DNA from: Camelus dromedarius
Lineage: Eukaryota
Direction of reading: 5' to 3'
NCBI RefSeq assembly: GCF_036321535.1
Contig: NC_087472.1
Location: 102,860,001-102,924,000, forward strand
Length of the DNA stretch: 64,000 nt
The translations under genes and the position numbers were made by a program. Shown one piece after another: positions 51,407-64,000 of this stretch. Under the pieces are notes generated by a model. It saw only the letters and a list, made by a program, of their open reading frames with translations. It made no database searches and had not been told where the DNA came from. Position 1 is the stretch's first letter. Each line of letters begins with the position of its first letter.

Positions 51407-52064
51407 TGTTGCTGATAGATGCAACTGGTGTTCCAGGTTCTTGTCCCATCCCAGAAAGAATTCAGAGACAAGACGTAGTGGTTAAAAAAGGTAAAGTGAG
51501 GATTTACTAAAGGATGGATAGTACACTCTCAGGGGGAGAGCAGGCAGGCTCAGGTAAGCGGCTGCCCTGAGTTTTTTTGGCAAGTCAGCTACATAGGGTG
51601 TAAAAATGAATGGGCGGAATATTCATTGGGGAGGGAAGGGTTTGGGGTCATATTCCCTGATTATCATCCCAACTCCACCTTCCCAAAGGGAGGAGGGATT
51701 TTTGTCCTTATTTAGTCTGGATGGGAAGTGTCATGGCATCGGTGCATAATGGGTACTTCTGATCTGCAAGGCTAATTTTATTGAATGAGGGCATAATGAG
51801 CAAAAGGTTACATTCGGACACTGGAAATTCCTGCCTTTTCTCACCTTTCTTTGTTCTTCTCCAGGCCACTTGTCACCCCAAAAAGCATGATCCCTTATCA
51901 GCCCCAAGGTTCCTGCTTTTCTTTCTCTGCCCAGGGACCCCTGCTGCTTACATGATGTGTGGTTTCCTGCATTTGGCTTATGCCCCTCCTTTCTGCCCAA
52001 TTCCTGCCATTTGGTCTGTGTCCCCCTTTCTCTGCTCATATCTAGTTATCTGCCTGCTCTAACA
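51407..52064 (-). mobile_element. Intact solo ERV1 LTR (658 bp)
   Basis: TGTT...AACA inverted termini with a perfect 4-bp TSD ATCT at 51403-51406 and 52065-52068. Minus strand starts TGTTAGAGCAGGCAGATAACTAGATATGAGCAG, with AGTAAA near its 3' end. Confidence 0.85.
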
Positions 52065-55000
52065 ATCTTAGACCACTTTAGGATATTTGGGGGTGAAATC
52101 ACCCAGAGACCTCTGAAAGATTAGTCTCATATAAACATGTTCTACGAAGAATACACTGTAAAGAACTTCATTCCAAGACAAGAGACAGACATCAGGAGAA
52201 AGCAGGCGGAAGACCTCGGTTGCCTACGTAAGTCGTGTAGGAAGCCTTATAATTAGGCTGTCATACTTGATGAAACTAGGGTTGGGAACACAGCTCAAAT
52301 CATGACTGACTGACGTGGATGTTTCTTTCCTCTCTCGTGCGATGCTGCAGTGCTAGCTTATACCCAGACGGCTGCTGGGGGAACCAAGGCAGACCCCGTC
52401 CCCATGACTGGGCTTGAAGGTCCAGAAAAAGTCAAATAATCCCATTAAGAGGGCAGAGGGAGCACTGTTGTCCACAAGGGAAAAAAGATACGAATACACT
52501 CCTGGGAAATAATGCGATTTAATCAACCCTCTCCTTCAGAAATACAAAATATTTAACCTTTCTGATTTTCAGTTTTTGTTTTGTTTTCTAATAAATAGTA
52601 AAAAAAAAAAAAAAAAGCTTTATGGATACACACAAACGAATATTAAAATCCTATTCATTTCTCACTATGATGCTACTGGGTAAGGCGGAGAAAGAGAGGC
52701 AACAGTTAAAGAGACAACCAAAAGGTGAGCTGCGGACGGATGGGAAAGATCTGCACATTTCCATGTTCCCAATATCTGAAAGCAACTGCAGCCAAGGATT
52801 TTGCTGATATACATTAATTTAAGCTTAAAGACTCTTGTCTTTTATTTATAATTATCTTGCTTATTAAACTACATGTTCCCTGCCACCACAATAATAATAG
52901 CACCCACTTACTGAATGCTTACTATTTGCCAGTCACTGTGCTGAGCGCCTCAGAAGGACTCTGTCTGATAAGTCCTATTATTGTCCCCACTTTACATGTC
53001 AGGAAGCTGAAACTTAGAGAGGTGAAATAACTGGAGTATATCTCGGTAATAGCAGGGCTGGGACTTGTACCCAGACAGTATACACAGTGAGCCCGAACTT
53101 TCCACCACCACCTTATACTGCCCCTAGGACCCAAACCCCAGCATATCTCGATTGTGGGGAATACCAATGTCTCTTCCAAAGGTGCGCAAGGAACGATACA
53201 ATGGAAAATTGTCAAATCTCTCAGAGCAAAAGAAAGTAGTATCTCAAGGTAAGTTTTTAACCTTTACGCATGCCCATGGATACATGGCAAACAATGAAAA
53301 GAATCAAGGGGATGGCTGAAAATTACCAGTTCTACTGAAAGCAAAATAAAAGAGTTATAGCATTTTCATCTTAATCCATTTTTCTGTTGGAGTAGAAGAA
53401 TTGTCAAGTAATAATTGATTATAAATTCAAAACAGACACAGACTTTAAAGTTAAATGAACCCAAACTAAGGGGGAAAAAGCATCTGGTTGATGAATCACT
53501 CAGTTCAGCTCTTTGTCATGTATTATCTCAGTTCTAGTACATCCTTCTGATGGTCACATCTGCATCATTCTGAACAGCACTGTCTGGACTCACTGTCTAT
53601 CATTATCACCTAGGTGCTCCAGCTATTTACCTCTAACTCTTCCAAATCTGCTAAAAGAAGACAAAGACTTTCACACTGAATTTTATTTTTTTAATTCTGT
53701 CTCAAAGGCCTCAGTACTTCTCCTTAAGGATTTTGACTTTCGGACGAGGGTTTATCAAAGTATAATAATTTAAAATGTTTAAAACATGACTCATACAAAT
53801 AGAAAGTGAGCATGGATCACAAACTTATTTCTTTCATTAACCAGAAAATAAAGCTGGTCCAAAGGATAATGAGAGACTGAGTATATACAGAAACTGAAAG
53901 AAGGAATGCAGGAATACGTTTACTAAATTCGATACAAAAAGTACTCAATGTCCTACAGAGCAACAGAAATGTAACCTTTGGGGTTATCTCTATTTAACTG
54001 GACAGAAATTGTTTATGTCTCAGTCAGACCAAAAAAAGTTCCAAGTTATCATATAATTTCTCAGAGGCTGGGCTCTAATCAAGAGCAAACAGTAAATCAA
54101 AGGTATGATGCCCTCTAGAATGAAATAATGCTTGGATGGGCCTGTTAGGAAAAGCTTCTGTATATCAGTGAAAGGACATATAGTCATCTTTTTGCCTTAT
54201 TTCCAAGTTTTTGATAATTTTTCTGAACAAATTTTATGTCTAAAAAGTATTTGATTAGCAATAGGAATGGAATTTCAGTTTCACAGACTTCAAAATTCCC
54301 ATGAGCAAAAGTATTATTTATAGAACCTACTTTGATTTATGATTCTGGACTTCCAACCTAATCCCTGGCAACCAATTTCTTCTAGATAGTGTTGGGTAAA
54401 TTCACTCCCATCCTGTAAGCCATCATCAAATTTGATATTAGAACCAAATCCCAGTTTACATCTAAGCTCTCTCTCCTCTCTTCCCTGGCACTGATTCTAA
54501 AGCCTGAAGGAGACTGAAAAACTACAAGCCAAGAGTCTTCAGGGGGAGGATACAATCTACTTTTGAGCCACTCTGCCTTAATTTCCTCCGTGTTCACTGT
54601 TGATGCCTTGTTGCGTGTTCTTTCTGGAAGGACAATTGACCTTGGAGGCTCTGGAAGGTTGTACAATCGGTTTGTACCTACACAGTGCTTTGTTTCAATT
54701 CACCTTCACCCCTAAGCAGGCTTGTGTGGCTCAGAAATGCTTCACAGAGGACACCGTCCTTGACCCAGCCCTTGCAGTATATATACAACTCAGAGGCATG
54801 GAAAGAAGAGTTGAAGGCATTCCACAGAGGAATAAGATGAGCAAAGGCATAGAGTGAGAACAAGAATGCAGTGACTGTGGCTCGATTAGAACCAAGGTTG
54901 GGGGATGTGAGAAATAAGAGTGACGAGGAGGGGGTGTGGGTTATATGAGGTAAGTAGAAGGTAACATTTGTTGAGTACCTACTATGTGTCAGGCATTTTT

Positions 55001-55729
55001 CAGTCTTATTTTGCAATGCCAATTTGAAACATTATGCCTTATTCCCCAAATCAACATGTTAGAGAGAGAACTTTCACAATTAAAATATAGAATCTTCTCC
55101 TAAGATAATATGTTTTCTATTTCCCTTATCAATAAACCACTGTCAGATGCCAATTTTTCCAGAAAATTTGGCCTGAGTGGCCTCAACTGTAAACTAAACA
55201 CAACCTATGCTCTGATGCCTGTGTCTTATGTGAAAAATCATGCGTAAAATTGATATAGTCATCACAGTAATCACTAACCTAGCTAATGTTTACTGAGCAA
55301 TTATTATGTGCCAATATTGTCCCTTTCAATCCTCACAACAACCCCGTGGGGTAAGTACTACAGTCAATTTCCATTTTGTAGAAAAGGAGTCTGTGAAGTA
55401 AAGACATAAGCAACAAAGGCAAGGTCCCGGAGTCGGTAAGTGGTGGCACTAGGATTTGAATCCATGCCTCTGACTCCACATTGAAGAGAAATCTATGAAA
55501 GAAAATCTGCTGCGATGGCTACATGATGACTGTGGCTTTTCCAGGCCTTCCCGCTTAATGTGCACCTGTCTCCCTGCAACCTCACACGTCCCACTTCCAC
55601 CCCCCCCCAGTCTGCCCAGAAGCCTGGCAAAAATTGCTGATGAAATTGCTCTAGCTGAAATAATAAAGGCAGAACATCTTAATGAAGCATGGTGGTGAAA
55701 GAGAGAGGAAAGGAGTGAAGAGACCAGTA

Positions 55730-55965
55730 AAGGGCAGTGGATCCAGTCAGTGGTTAGGCTCAGATTATGGAACTAGACTTCTGGAGTTCAAGTTCCAGCT
55801 TCATGACTTATTAGTTGTGTGACCTTGAACAAGTTACTTAACCTCTCCATGTTTTTGTTTCCCGATCTGTCAAATGGGGATAATGATACACCCCACCTGA
55901 AGGTCCTTATAAGAACTAAATGAGCGAATTATTTGTAAAGCATGTAAAACAGTGCCTGAGATGTT
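55730..55965 (+). mobile_element. MIR SINE (other MIRs at ~24700-24915, 26000-26180, 52900-53110 and 55280-55480)
   Basis: TGTGTGACCTTGAACAAGTTACTTAACCTCTC...CTGTCAAATGGGGATAATGATA. Confidence 0.75.
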
Positions 55966-58849
55966 TACAAACAGGATATGAAATAGAGAAACAAACGCAA
56001 GACTAGATCTGCAGACCTTCTTCAGCCAAGGAGATAGGGTTTCAAAAGGCTGTCCGTCAAAAGCTTTGTTCACAAATCTAAAGCAAAACTACACCAAGGG
56101 TAGCAAGCAGCATGCGTTGGGGGCAGGCATAATTAATTTGCTTTGGTTCTAGCAAAGCAGCACTGGCATGGATCATAGTGTGTGTCTCTGAAGTTCAATA
56201 ACAGAAAAGCTGAGTACAAGTGTTCAGTAAAGAAGGCTGAGTATCTCCCTGCAGTAATTCAGTTCTCCTAGTGGGTGATGCATTCATTGTGCTGACTGAA
56301 AATGGCCAGTCAGCCACATGAGATACTACTTCCAAGGAATGGGAATTATCCCTCTTTGGATAACATCCCATCAAAACTGTGTAGTGGGAGTCATAAAATT
56401 ACTGGATTGTATAGATCTCATTAAGTAATTGAACAGGGACGAGATTGGTGGGCTGAGTCTTACCACCTTAACCAGATCCTCCTATTTTTTTTTTTCTCCT
56501 AAAGATTTCTGCCTTCTATCCAAGCTAGATAATGCCCTTTCCCTTTTAGGTACCCGTTTTTCATAAACCTCACTGTGGCATCATTTTATCAAGCAACAGA
56601 CTTAATGACACATAATGACTTGCGTAGATGGATGCTTCTATGAGTCCCTTAACTGTGTATGATAAAAGCACGTGTCCTCAGACCCAGTACACAGTTGTTC
56701 TGTTGCTCTGCTGCCACTATTTGTCTTTTGTTTCCTTTTCAATGATTGCTTCAACTGCTTTTCTTCATCAATTCTTTTTGTCTCAGATCACTGCTAAAAG
56801 CCAACGCTGCCGCCCTGTGCAGTGAAATAGGTTCTAACAGGTGTAGCTATTACAGAATATTGGGGAAAGTAGGTTGCTTGAAACCAAAATAATTTTTGGT
56901 TCCACGAAGTTTGTCTAGATTCAATTTAACATTTAATTGTTGTGTCAAACGAGGAAAATCTTCTAGCAAAATTTGAAGTTTATAGAAATTTAGCTATATT
57001 TTTATCAACTTATTCTTTTTTCCCTAAAACACAGATTTTGCTGTTAAAAATGTTTTCTACATCTTTCAATGTGATATTCTTATCTCAGGGCCAAAATCTT
57101 CTTCAGATACCTTAATTTTAAAATGTATCAATTGGCAAATTAAGGCAGATTCATTTTTCAGACTGGTAACCTATTAGAAAAGCATCTACCTCTTCCTTAG
57201 GTTCTGTTTTTCCCTAGTTTTCTTTTCCCTTTCCTTTTACAGCTGGGATTTTTCTGTAGGAGACCTTCCTTCTTGCCACTTCCCCTCAACACACATAGAA
57301 CACAAAGGTTCTAAAGAGAGCATTTAATTTGATTATAAGCAAAGAATCCCAACAGGAAATTATGTATAATTTCATGTTACTACTAATAAACACCAGATGT
57401 TGCTTGTCTTTTGTAAAGGGACTATTCGTACCTCATGTTTTACCAAAATTACCCTATGTGAGGCTGGTTGCTAAGTTCCTTCTTAATATTATGTCACAAA
57501 TATCCAAGACAGCTAACTGTAGCCCCTACAAAAGATGCAATTCTTTGTTTTTTGACTATCATGCTGCTGATTCACCATCAACACACAATTGGTATTATCT
57601 TGTCAAATAGTTACTTGGTCCCATTTGTGATAAAGACATACAGATGTGCTCCTTAGCTAGCTGATGCCAGAGGAGCAGGCTGTGTCCATTTGCTGTTTTC
57701 AAGAAAAGCCAAAGGATCTAGAAAACTTTCTAACAGAAACTTTGCCTTATCTAATAAGCAGAACTAGTGATTTTTAGTCCTGGGATTTCAAATGTCTGTT
57801 TTTCTCTAACTGCCTCAAGGTGTGTCATGAAAGCTTTTAAGAAATTAGCAAATGAAATTAACTTTAGTTCAACCTAAACTTGGTACGATGTCTTCACTTT
57901 GGAGGTAGTATATCTATTAAATTAAATTAAATATGGTGGAAAAATTAGAAGATAGGAAGAAAACTCCTACTTTTCCTCTGCAGTAGAAATAGATACTGAT
58001 TTACTAAAGCTTAGAGGAATATAAAATAAACAAAACAAAAGCAAAAATAACAAACTTGATATATCCATAATTCGGTGTTGAAAGTTCTAACCCTATTCTA
58101 CCCTCTGTGGACTATAATCCCCAAGACTGAGGCATGCTGCTGTAATCACTTTGACTTACTAGAGGAAATGATGAGACTGCAGTTATCAAAAAATAATCAG
58201 GAGTAGAAAATGGTTTTTTAATATTAAATAATATTCCAAATGTTAAATATTAGAACAACAGGCAGGCATCATGGATATCCCCCAGTCTCCCAGGTTTTGA
58301 TGTAAGCAGGGACTTGCCTTAGCTTCAAGTGATCTTTGCTTTACCCAGAGATGTAGAAACACCAAAATTAAATAGTCCCTTTTATCTTGATTGTATATGA
58401 TATCAAATACTCCTAGGCTCATCAACAGACCTAAGGTATATACTGAGATAAGTCATAGATGAAACAGACTTATCATCCCATGGTACCCCTAGGTTAAAAG
58501 AAAAAAATATATATATATATATATATGACATGTGACCCAAGAAGAATCTGGTTTGTGCTGAATTCTGCTTTTTGCAGGATTTCATCACACTAATTCTTAA
58601 ATCAACACTTCTATTTAAACATTTTCTAGCCTTCTTTCCTGTGAATATTTTGGTATACTGGGAGAGGGAAAAAAACAGTTTTTACAAGATAAAAACATTA
58701 GTATTCTCAACCAAATAAAAGATGATATAATTTTCATTACTTATTATTTTCAAAATCCTTGATATTTGTGTGAACTCAGCAAGGATCTTAAGCCAGAATA
58801 AGATAATTATACAGCCAACAGATATAAGCTGAGCAGTGTCTCATCAGGG

Positions 58850-59384
58850 ACTCATGATGGCTCCAGAAATGTGTTTCAGGCCTCATATGTCCAAACAATA
58901 ACTGATAGATGATGTGTCAAATTTAAAAGCGACACACATTCTTTGCCATCTTGAAGTAGAGTCTATTTCACCACTAACTCTCTGGATCTGGGCTGGGCCG
59001 GAACTGCTTTACCAACAGAATAACAGAACACAGCAGAAATGATGCCTTTAAGAGGCCTGGAGGCTTCTGCTTTCTCTCTTGGAAGCCAACTGCCACATAA
59101 GAAGTGCAACCACCCTGAACCCATCATGCTCTGATAATCCCAAGCCATGTGGAGAGACCCCAAAGAATGAGACACTACATGGAGAAAGAGCCCAGTGAGC
59201 CCCAGGCACCCAATAAGGGGGTGAAGAAGCTCTTTGGGAAGTGGACTCTCTACCATCCACCCCTCTTCCCCCGTCCCCACCCCTTCCCTGCCTCAGCCAA
59301 GGACACAAGAAGTAGAAAGGAGCTGTCCAGCTAAGCCCTTTCTGAATTCCTGCCCCATAAAATCATCATCAAAATATAATGGTT
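58850..59384 (+). mobile_element. MaLR LTR (MLT1G-like), interrupted; 3' end resumes at ~60690-60750
   Basis: AATCATCATCAAAATATAATGGTTG is followed by L1 sequence, then GTTGTTTTAAACCTCTAAGTCTTAGGGTGG. Confidence 0.7.
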
Positions 59385-60512
59385 GTGAAAAGACAGTCTC
59401 TTCAACAAGTGGTGCTGGGAAAACTGGACAGCTACCTGTAAAAGAATGAAATTAGAATATTCCCTAACACCGTATACAAACATAAATTCAAAATGGATTA
59501 AAGACCTAAATGTAAGACCAGAGACTATAAAACTCCTAGAGGAACATAGGCAGAACACTCTTGGACATAAATCACAGCAAGATTTTTTTTTCAAACCAGC
59601 TCCTACAGTAATGGAAATAAAAGCAAAAATAAATAAGTAAAATCTAATAAAACTTAAATAAAACTTTTGCACAGCTAAGGATACCATCAACAAAACAAAA
59701 AGACAACCTACAGAATGGGAGACAATATTTGCAAATGATGCGACCAACAAGGGACTAATTTCCAAAATATACAAACAGCTCATACACTTAATATCAAAAA
59801 AACAAGCAACCCAATCCAAAAATGAGCAGAAGACCTAAACAGACATTTCTTCAATGAAGACATTCAGATGGCCAACAAGCACATGAAAAGATGCTCAACA
59901 TCATTCATTGAAATGCAAATCAAAACTACAATGAGGTATCATCTCACACCAGTCAGAATGGCCATCATTAAAACATCCACAAATGATAAATGCTGGAGAG
60001 GGTGTGGAGAAAAAAGAACCCTCCTATACTGTTGGTGGGAATATAAATTGGTGCAGCCACTATGGACAGCATGGAGATTCCTAAAAAAAATAAAAATAGA
60101 GTCACCATATGATCCAGCAATCCTACTTCTGGGTATATATCCAGAGGAAGATATGATTTGAAAAGATACATGCACCCCAATGTTCACAGCAGCACTATTT
60201 ACAATAACCAAGACATGGAAATAACCCAAATGTACATCAACAGATGGCTGGATAAAGAAGATGTGGTATATACATACAATGGAATACTACTCAGCCATAA
60301 AAAATAAAATAATGCCATCTGCAGCAACATGGATGGACCTGGAGATTGTCATTCTAAGTGAAGTAAGCCAGAAAGAGAAAGAAAAATACCATATGATGTC
60401 ACTTATATGTGGAATCTAAAAAAAGGACACAAATGAACTTATCTACAAAACAGAAAGACTCATAGACATAAAGAACAAATTTATGGTTACTAGAGGGTAA
60501 AGGGGGAGGGAG
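59385..60512 (+). mobile_element. L1 ORF2 3' fragment nested in the MLT1 LTR
   Basis: Translates as [33 protein letters not shown] and [20 protein letters not shown]...CWRGCGEK. Confidence 0.92.
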
Positions 60513-61406
60513 TTCTAAATTTGCACTTCTTGAGGAGTGATGGAAATGTTAGCTATCTTGATTGTGGCGGTGGTTTCATTGGTGTATACATCTATCAAAA
60601 TTCATCATATTGTACATCTGAAATATGTGTAGTTTACTGTACAGGAATCATATCACAATAAAGGTATTAGAATTTTTTAAAAAAGAAAAAAAGTTGTTTT
60701 AAACCTCTAAGTCTTAGGGTGGTTTTCTAAAACAAATGGATAAACTAAGAAATGATTCATTTTGCATTACTGAAGCTCAGCTTTATAATAACTTTTAAAG
60801 CAAGGGGGAATTAAGCACAAATTGGACCCTCCCCCCCCCCCATAGACTAGTAAACGAATACCAGAAGAATTATTCCTTTTTAAGCTAAATGTGACTTCAC
60901 TTCTTATCTAGTCTAATCTAGTAAATGAAGACACTAGATTTTAGGCCCTAGCACAGAACATATTGTCTCCACTCAGCTGCAGGGCTGGTTGACAGCAGTG
61001 CTGTAGGGAAAAGTGGCACCCCCAATAGCCTTTATCAGGAGGGTTCATGTTGAAAAAAAGTAACATGATATATTACATTTTTAATAATGACAGAAAGAAG
61101 AGGGCATGGAGAAGTTTCAGAATTATATGACTTCAGAGATTGCCTATGGAAAAAAACACCTATAGAAGACTGAAATGGACAGAGCCATTGATTTCTTTAA
61201 CCATATTTACTGAGTACTGACCTTGTGCCAGAAATCTGTAGACATACAAAGGGAAAACAACCATTCCTGTCTTCAAGGAGTTTACTCGCTAGGTGGAGAG
61301 ACAGGTAGGTAAACAATTACATTACTATGTGATAAATCCAAACCCAAAGTGTGGGTCCAATGAAGCAGGCTGAAAGCAAGGAAAAGCCTGGTGTCCATTA
61401 TATTAT

Positions 61407-61484
61407 GTTAGGTGATATGAAATTGCCAGTGTTCAACTGAATTTGATCCATAAATATGGTAATTTCTTATGGTTTCACTTAATA
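61407..61484. mobile_element. Mariner-derived MITE (MADE2-like)
   Basis: ~80-bp imperfect palindrome TTAGGTGATATGAAATTGCC...GGTAATTTCTTATGGTTTCACTTAATA. Confidence 0.7.
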
Positions 61485-62096
61485 GCTTGGTATATCAAAA
61501 ACATAGTATGAACAGGGAGAATGTTGGACAATGAGGTTGGAGAGATAAACAGGGCCATTTTGGATTCAAAAACAAAAACCAAGGCTCCCTGAGTGTCAAA
61601 CTAATGAGACTGCTTTTTATAATAGTGCCTAGGTGCCAGCAGGGCCACACTCACTCCAAAGGCTTTATAATGGAGGAGACATTAAGTCTGCTTAGAGGAA
61701 TAATAGGAAACTTTCACCTTGGAAAAACCACCCTTTATTGTGGCTCATTTAAAACAAAAAAGAGTCTTTGCCACTTAGAGATATATTCTGAGATAGTTAT
61801 GGATGAAATGATACAACGTCTGCTTCAAAATAAGGCAAAAGATAGGGGAAACTGACGGAAGTAGAGATGAATCAAGACTGGCAATGAGTTGATAACTGTT
61901 GAAGCTGGTGCAATGGGTACATGGGGGTTCATTACACATGTTGTCTTCTTTTGCATATATTTTAAATTTGCCATAGTTAAAAATAAACAAACACACACAC
62001 ACAAAAGGAAAACATAAAAGGTAGAAAACAAAGAAGGAAAGCAAGCAAGCAGGCACCCTTGCTGCAGTATGGATCAGTTTTGTGTGTTTTGAGGGT

Positions 62097-62534
62097 TGTG
62101 TTAGTTTCCGAGGGCTGCCATAACAAATTAACACAGATTTGGTGACTTAGAACAACACAAACCTACTCTCTCATAGTTTTTGAGGCCACGAGTCCAAAAC
62201 CAAGGTGCCAGTAGGGCGACGCTCACTCCAAAGCCTTAGGAGAGTATCCCTCCACGCCTCTTCCAGCTCCTGGAGGCGCCTTGAGTTCCTTGGCTTGTAG
62301 ACACAGCTTGAAGACACATCACTCCAATCTCTGCCTCTTTCTTCATATTGTCTTCACCTCTGTGTTTCTGTGTCCTCTCCTCTTCTTATAAGAACACTAG
62401 TCATTAGACTAAGGGCTCATTTCAAATCTAGTAAGATATTATCACAAGATCCTTAGCTCTATTTCCAAATAAGATCACATTCTGAGGTTCCCAATAGACA
62501 TGAATTTTAGGGAGACACTATTCAATCCACTGCA
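62097..62534 (-). mobile_element. MaLR LTR (MLT1B/C-like)
   Basis: TGTGTTAGTTTCCGAGGGCTGCCATAACAAAT...CTATTTCCAAATAAGATCACATTCTGAGG...ACTATTCAATCCACTGCA. Confidence 0.85.
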
Positions 62535-63277
62535 GGGGTATAAATTGGGAATGAAAACTGAAACTGAAGACAGGAGGCAAATTAGCAAACCATTAAGTAA
62601 TAAAGTTCAAAATGAGGAAAGTCAGAGCTAAGGTATTGCCTGGGGGATTCAACTGGGTTTCACATGCAGGTATATATACCACAGTTGCTGTTACAGGCAG
62701 TGAGTTAATGATTAAGGTAAGTTCAGGAAGCAGTAGGAGGCCAAAGGGGACCCTAGAGCCAGCTGGAGGAAGGGCTGGTTAGAGAAGGTTTCTAAGAGAT
62801 CATCAAGTGTTGATAGGCAAAGGAAAAGGGAGGAGGCTTCACTCCAGAGTACAGCTGGAATAAAGACACAGAAGTAAAAATCAATGCAATGGCATGTTGA
62901 GAAAACTATAAACAATTTGGTGTTGCTGGAACGTAAAATGTAAAGCAAAGAGAAGCAAAAGCAGAGGCTGAAGTAGGAGGCAGGGGGCAGATCAATGACA
63001 GCTATGGAAGCCATGTTAATGAACTGGGACTTTTCTTGCTGGTTATGTGAAGCCATTTAAGGCTTTAGGCAGGCGAGCGGCATGGCCACATTTTCCTCTT
63101 AGAACAATTCATCCAGCAAGCAGCATAAAGGGTGGATTAGAGGCAGGGAATTTAATTAGGATGCACCTATGGTCCAGGCAAGAGATGATCAGGGCTTGAA
63201 CTAGGGCAGCCATTATAGATTTAGAGACAAAAATGTGGAATCCAGAAAGAAAAGCAGCAGGATGTGGCAATTCACGG

Positions 63278-63799
63278 TGTAGGGGAACAAAACTTGCCAC
63301 CCCAAAATGTCTCTTTGGCATGCAGATTATTTCAAGCTGAAAACAATCAAAGCCTAAAAGACTCAAGAAGAAACTTTGGCCTTCCCACCAACTCCCTGAA
63401 GAATTGAGCTATCACCAGAGATATCTGCGAAGAATAAGAGCTAGGTGTGGTGGGGAAACTCAAAGATCAGAGTCCACTCTACGTCCCATTATCTCTGCAG
63501 GGCCAAGTAAACATTTATTTACAAAATATTTGTTTTTCCATCTCCAAGTTAATTGCCTTCCTCCCCTAAGAAGTCCCAAACCCCCACCCCCGACATAAAC
63601 TTTTGTCTTCACCCAAAGACGGTATTTAAGGTAAAGGTTTTGGCCATTTTGGCAAGTGACTCAGTTTTCCCGGGTCTCTCTCATGTATACATGTTATTAA
63701 AATTTGATTTTCTCTTGTTAATCTTTCTCATGTAAAGTTAATTTTTAGACCAGACAGAAGAACCTAGAAGGGTAGAAGAAATTTTCTTCCTTTCCAACA
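63278..63799 (+). mobile_element. Solo ERV1 LTR (MER34-like) inserted in an L2 remnant (~62700-64000)
   Basis: TGTAGGGGAACAAAACTTGCCACCCCAAAATGTCTC...CCAACA; 4-bp TSD ACGG/ATGG (one CpG transition). Confidence 0.8.
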
Positions 63800-64000
63800 A
63801 TGGGATGTTGGGGATCAGGGTAAGAGAAGAATCAAGGCTGCCAACCAGAATAGGCGATGGACAATGGCGATGCCACCCATTGAAATAGAGAATCCAGGAG
63901 CAGGTTTGCAGCATAGATGAAAAGGAGTTAATTTTGTAATACTGTGAGTCTGTGGTACCTGTAGGAGAGATAGTCAGAAGGTGGGGTATATACACAAGTC

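Noticed and set aside
52140..52616. Possible processed retrocopy ending in AATAAA plus A17
   Set aside because: AATAAA is only 4 nt from the A run, there is no convincing TSD and no ORF; a BLAST against mRNAs would settle it.
1..64000. CRISPR arrays, operons or other prokaryote-type systems
   Set aside because: The sequence is clearly mammalian; no regularly spaced repeat-spacer array was seen.

Overview
Eutherian mammal DNA, most likely a camelid, judged from two tRNA-derived SINEs resembling the camelid Vic-1 family. It is probably X-linked, since GRPR is on X in eutherians. The only host gene is GRPR (gastrin-releasing peptide receptor, BB2) on the minus strand: coding exon 1 at 13129-13541, a GT donor inside the DRY motif, a ~360-nt 5' leader with five upstream AUGs, and a TTTAAA + CRE promoter at ~13940-14011. 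Bases 1-13128 are intron 1 and ~14000-64000 is upstream intergenic DNA. The dominant element is a young, full-length but inactivated ~7.1-kb LINE-1 (28398-35484) with a perfect 14-bp TSD, a CpG-rich 5' UTR and a ~400-nt inter-ORF spacer, lying head-to-head with GRPR. The rest is old L1, L2, MIR, MaLR/ERV LTRs and hAT/mariner fossils; repeat subfamily names are from recognition, not a database search. I see no convincing novel biological system. The best leads are translational control by the GRPR uORFs, a possible L1 antisense-promoter link to GRPR, the L1 spacer architecture, and a 150-bp local templated duplication.
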